A stretch of 64,000 nucleotides of DNA. Source: Bacteroidia bacterium (GTDB taxonomy: Bacteria > Bacteroidota > Bacteroidia > M30B66). The DNA lies in NCBI GenBank assembly GCA_965279035.1, contig OZ257142.1, forward strand, positions 3,904,001 through 3,968,000, given 5' to 3'. Below the pieces are notes generated by a model that was given only the letters and a program-made list of their open reading frames with translations, did not search any database and had not been told where the DNA came from. Below are positions 60,008 to 64,000 of the stretch, one piece after another (positions within the stretch are counted from its first letter, which is position 1; every line of letters starts with the position of its first letter). The position numbers and the translations under genes are program-made.

Positions 60008-63000
60008 TCAATGTCCAATCATCACCTTCCTACTTTCCTCACCCAATTGCACTAAATACAATCCATCTGCAAAGTTCGACACCGGAATTTCGACTTGTTT
60101 TCCATTCCAATTTGACGAATAAACTAATGCCCCTGAAGAAGAAAATAATCGAATGATTTCTGTATTCATTTTTCCGCTAGAAGTGATAATTAATCGGTCG
60201 TTAGCTGGGTTGGGAAATACGATAAATCCCGGTTTTTGAAATTCATTTATTCCAGTACATACATCTACCCAAAGCGTGTCGCGTAAATTGCAACCTAATT
60301 CATCGGTGGCGGTAAGGGCATATTGTCCGGTGGTAGTAATAGGGAGACTTTGACCGCTTGCGCCGGTTGACCAATCATACGCTTGATAGCCTGATTCTGC
60401 TAATAAAACAAATGGCAGGGCACTAGAACACACCCGATCGGAACCATTATAATTCAAATTTAAATCATTGGTATTGGAAGTTGCAATGACTAAAACAGTA
60501 TCGGTATTCATTTGACAACCATCACTCGCCCTAACCCAATAGGTGCCGGGTAGATAGACTGTTAGCGTACTGTTTTCAGAACCATTAGACCATTCGTATT
60601 CCGAAAATACGTTGGTTGTAGTGAGCACTATTATTTGCTCATTGCATAAATATTTATCGGGACCTAAACTAACTACCGGAAGGGCTGGAAAAGGTGATAC
60701 TTGTGTGGTATCGCTCAAAATACATCCCGATGCTCCTTTTACTTTTACCCAATACAAACCTGTTGAGGTAACGTTTAATGAATCGGCATTGGAACTATTA
60801 TTCCATTCGTAGGATAGAAAGCCTTCACCAGCATATAATGTAAGCGTATCGCATAAATAAGATGTAGCTGGTAAAGAAAATGGCTCAGGCGCATTTGTTT
60901 GAACAAGCAAGGTGTCATGCGTAATTCCACATCGACCATAAACAGTAACCATGAGCACATCGGTGCCTGGATTTGCCCCACTGGTTAGCGTTGCATTTGT
61001 ACTTCCATTCTGAGCATTAAAAATACCGGGGCCAGTATGTGTCCAAACAGTTGAATCTTCAGCTGAAGCGAGAGATATTCCGTATAAATAGGAATTTCCA
61101 CCTTGGCAAATATTTTTAGGTCCCGCAATGGCTGGATTATGCGCATTTAAATAACCAGCAAGCATATTTGGGAAACTTGCCCCTGGAGTACTACTAAAAC
61201 TAACAAGAAAATTCGATTGCTGATAATTACAAGCAATACCATATTCATTCGGATTAGCGATGTAATCGATTTGTGGGCCGTTAAACTGATACACATAAAT
61301 TCTCCCATCAGCTCCCAAGACTAATTGTCCATAGCTTCCATATTGTGAAATATCAACTACATAAGCAGAATAAAATACTTCTGTTTCGGTAGTGGAACTC
61401 AAATCAAACTGACGTAATTGTCCACCTTGCCATTGTCCCACATAGAGTTTTGAATTATCAAGTGAAAACTCAATTCCGAATGGTTGATTTGAACCATTTT
61501 CATTTAAAGGAAGTTCCAACGCATTGCTGAATTGACCTGATTCATTGTCGAAATCAGCAATTACAATTTTATCACCTACTACATAGGTTGCCATACGATT
61601 TCCATCATGGGAAAAACGCATATTTCCGAGACAGGCAATTATCCCAAATCCCGGACGATTTTCTGTCCCAATAACTGAAACAACAGGTTCTGCATGCAGT
61701 CCATCTTGATCAATTAAAAAGGCGAGATAGGTATTGCTATTATACAAGCAGGTTCCAATCCACACATCGTGACCGTTTGCATGCCACGTAGCAGCTAATT
61801 TTTCACTTCCACCTAATAATAAAAGTGTGTTTTTGCTTGCAGGAATTACATCACCCAATCCACCATTAAGCGTCATATCTACAATACTATAACGTAATCC
61901 ATTAGCGAGACTGTGTTCAAAATCATCGTTCGTCAACACATAAAACTGATTTGGATTACCTGGATGCGGAACAATCAACACACACTGACTTGCAGAAGGA
62001 TTTCCCATCAAACCTGAACCATTAGGCATGATAGCATAATTGCGATTCCACACTTTTTGTCCATCCGAAAAAAGAAGCAAATTCCCATCTGCATCCGAAA
62101 TTGAGGAAGTAACTTCAGTACTGACGTCGTTTATTGGACTGTATTGTGGCAAGAAAACAGCCGTATTATTTTCGAAACGAATGGCGTTATTGACGAAAAT
62201 CCAATTACTAGTTGCACCCGATAAATCACAATTACCAATTTGGAAGAATTTAGTGGTAGAAGTATCACTGCACGTTTCGTTGCTTGTGACTAGATACAAA
62301 GAATGTCCACCAACTGAATTAAATTGTTGATTCCAAGTGTTGGAATTTCCTACGAGATTACCATCTAAATACCAAGCATACGTGAGTGAATTTGATGGCA
62401 AACTAGCAGCATTAATAGTGTCACCAGGATTATAAGGTCCTTCGGAAAACTGCATAGCAGCTTGAGATGAACATCCAACTATGATCACTTGACTTTTAGA
62501 TGTGGTACAATTGGGATCTCCATTAAATCCAGTGACTTTTATTGTGTAAACACCCGGAGAATTAAATTGATAATACAATTGCTCCGTAGAACTTATAAGT
62601 GTATCATTTACGGTCCATTCATAGGTTGTGGCATTAGTAAAATCTTCTAAACCAAAAAGGCCAACCATTCCATTTACAAAGGAATTATTAAATGATGTGA
62701 TATTGAGATTAATTGGAGCAAGCATACACGGACTAGCACATCCATTTGATTCAAGTAGTATGGAACGAGCTGTTGTTAATGCTGCATTCATGCGATCTGA
62801 TTGCCCACTAGTAAAATGGAATTGACATACTTGATAGCCATAATCCATGTAATTACTAAACATATCAGGCTGATCACCTAAACCACCATTTGCTACTGGA
62901 CGAAAAGGATTATTCACACTTAAATCATCATCATCCGTAGTACAGGTATTGGTAGTATTAAAACACGCTATTGCAGCCGTTGAATTATCGGGCGGAGTAT

Positions 63001-63787
63001 CGCAAACACGATCTCCATCGGTCTGACAATTAGAGTTGGCGCAACCACCTTCAAACGTGTGATATAAACCAAGATAATGTCCTGCTTCGTGAATGTGTAC
63101 TTTGGAGTTATCGGGAGATGTACCAAAAAATCCGATTTCATTTACGATACCATCTTCAGGTTGTCCTTGAGAAGAAGGGAAATTGGCATAACCTGCTACT
63201 CCACTGCCCATAGAAGCAGAGGTAATTTCGTTCACCAACCAAATATTAAGGTATTTATTTGGATCCCAACGAATGAGATTTTTCAGATCAGCATCTTGCG
63301 TTTCGATGGTGACGTTTGATAGCTCCGACTCGGTAAAGGTAATTCCATCGGTCAATTCTCCCAAAGGACCAGTTCTAGCTAAACAGAATTGAATGTCGGT
63401 ATTCACTCCTAGAGGATTATAATAAGTTCCAGAATTTGAAAAAGCAGCATTTAAATGGTCTATTCCATTCAAGACATGGATATAAAACAGCTGGAAAGGA
63501 TCTTGTCCTGGAAGATAAATCACATGCACGACCACAGGAATGGTCAATACAGAGCGGTCATTGGCTGGTCGCGCTTGCTGTTGTATGATACTATTCTGAA
63601 TAGCTTCACGCATTTTAAACGATGGATCAGATTCCCGTTTCGCACGTAAATATTCATCGGTAAAACAACGTGGTGGTGGAGTGTTTTCGGAATTCTGTTG
63701 AGCGAATAACGATACCTGGCTAAGGAATAAAAAAAGACATGCGTAGAAATACTTCATCATGGGGTAGATTTTGGTGAAAGATTGCAT
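60008..63787 (-). CDS. M43 (pappalysin/ulilysin-like) zinc metalloprotease with PKD, beta-propeller and T9SS CTD
   Basis: IPVVVHVI, HEAGHYLGLYHTF, DRVCDTPP, NYMDY Met-turn and CTD VFPNPA. Start likely MMKYF (about 63760). Confidence 0.92.
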   Translation of the reverse strand: MQSFTKIYPMMKYFYACLFLFLSQVSLFAQQNSENTPPPRCFTDEYLRAKRESDPSFKMREAIQNSIIQQQARPANDRSVLTIPVVVHVIYLPGQDPFQLFYIHVLNGIDHLNAAFSNSGTYYNPLGVNTDIQFCLARTGPLGELTDGITFTESELSNVTIETQDADLKNLIRWDPNKYLNIWLVNEITSASMGSGVAGYANFPSSQGQPEDGIVNEIGFFGTSPDNSKVHIHEAGHYLGLYHTFEGGCANSNCQTDGDRVCDTPPDNSTAAIACFNTTNTCTTDDDDLSVNNPFRPVANGGLGDQPDMFSNYMDYGYQVCQFHFTSGQSDRMNAALTTARSILLESNGCASPCMLAPINLNITSFNNSFVNGMVGLFGLEDFTNATTYEWTVNDTLISSTEQLYYQFNSPGVYTIKVTGFNGDPNCTTSKSQVIIVGCSSQAAMQFSEGPYNPGDTINAASLPSNSLTYAWYLDGNLVGNSNTWNQQFNSVGGHSLYLVTSNETCSDTSTTKFFQIGNCDLSGATSNWIFVNNAIRFENNTAVFLPQYSPINDVSTEVTSSISDADGNLLLFSDGQKVWNRNYAIMPNGSGLMGNPSASQCVLIVPHPGNPNQFYVLTNDDFEHSLANGLRYSIVDMTLNGGLGDVIPASKNTLLLLGGSEKLAATWHANGHDVWIGTCLYNSNTYLAFLIDQDGLHAEPVVSVIGTENRPGFGIIACLGNMRFSHDGNRMATYVVGDKIVIADFDNESGQFSNALELPLNENGSNQPFGIEFSLDNSKLYVGQWQGGQLRQFDLSSTTETEVFYSAYVVDISQYGSYGQLVLGADGRIYVYQFNGPQIDYIANPNEYGIACNYQQSNFLVSFSSTPGASFPNMLAGYLNAHNPAIAGPKNICQGGNSYLYGISLASAEDSTVWTHTGPGIFNAQNGSTNATLTSGANPGTDVLMVTVYGRCGITHDTLLVQTNAPEPFSLPATSYLCDTLTLYAGEGFLSYEWNNSSNADSLNVTSTGLYWVKVKGASGCILSDTTQVSPFPALPVVSLGPDKYLCNEQIIVLTTTNVFSEYEWSNGSENSTLTVYLPGTYWVRASDGCQMNTDTVLVIATSNTNDLNLNYNGSDRVCSSALPFVLLAESGYQAYDWSTGASGQSLPITTTGQYALTATDELGCNLRDTLWVDVCTGINEFQKPGFIVFPNPANDRLIITSSGKMNTEIIRLFSSSGALVYSSNWNGKQVEIPVSNFADGLYLVQLGEESRKVMIGH

Positions 63788-64000
63788 GCGTGCTACCCAT
63801 TTGATGGCAGTTCAAATCAATTATTTATTCAGATTAAATGCTGAAGAAATGATTGGAAATTTTACCAGAAAATAGATATAAAACAAGGCTGGGACGATAT
63901 CTAAATATAGGAATTAAATATTAGATAAGTTTAACTAGTCAAATAAAAGCACCATTTCAGGTAAAAATGTATTTAAATCACTTATAAACAAGACATAAAG

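Overview
Window from a Bacteroidota genome (T9SS C-terminal domains, PorV-family gene, TAnnTTTG promoters, separate atpD-atpC pair). Housekeeping genes (ruvC, greA, ahcY, clpPX, ribF, atpDC, typA, tsaB, rsgA, dtd) alternate with secreted T9SS cargo, including a tandem cluster of four peptidase families, and a TonB-dependent receptor / large CTD protein / PorV-family operon. The main signals are non-coding. (1) An intact IS110 element (6885-8098) whose left end folds into a bridge-RNA-like pair of loops. The guide segments match both the reconstructed circle junction and the reconstructed empty target, and that target is a degenerate 8-bp intergenic repeat found several times in the window. (2) A stand-alone 152-nt tRNA-like RNA (GUC anticodon, U37, G73, 81-nt branched variable arm) with its own promoter and terminator. 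(3) A layered set of repeats: GTAG-type REPs paired with a covarying structured element, inverted REPIN-like copies, CCGATAGCTATCGG palindromes and inverted 7/8-mer arrays. All calls come from reading the sequence and ORF track by eye; no searches or folding programs were run.
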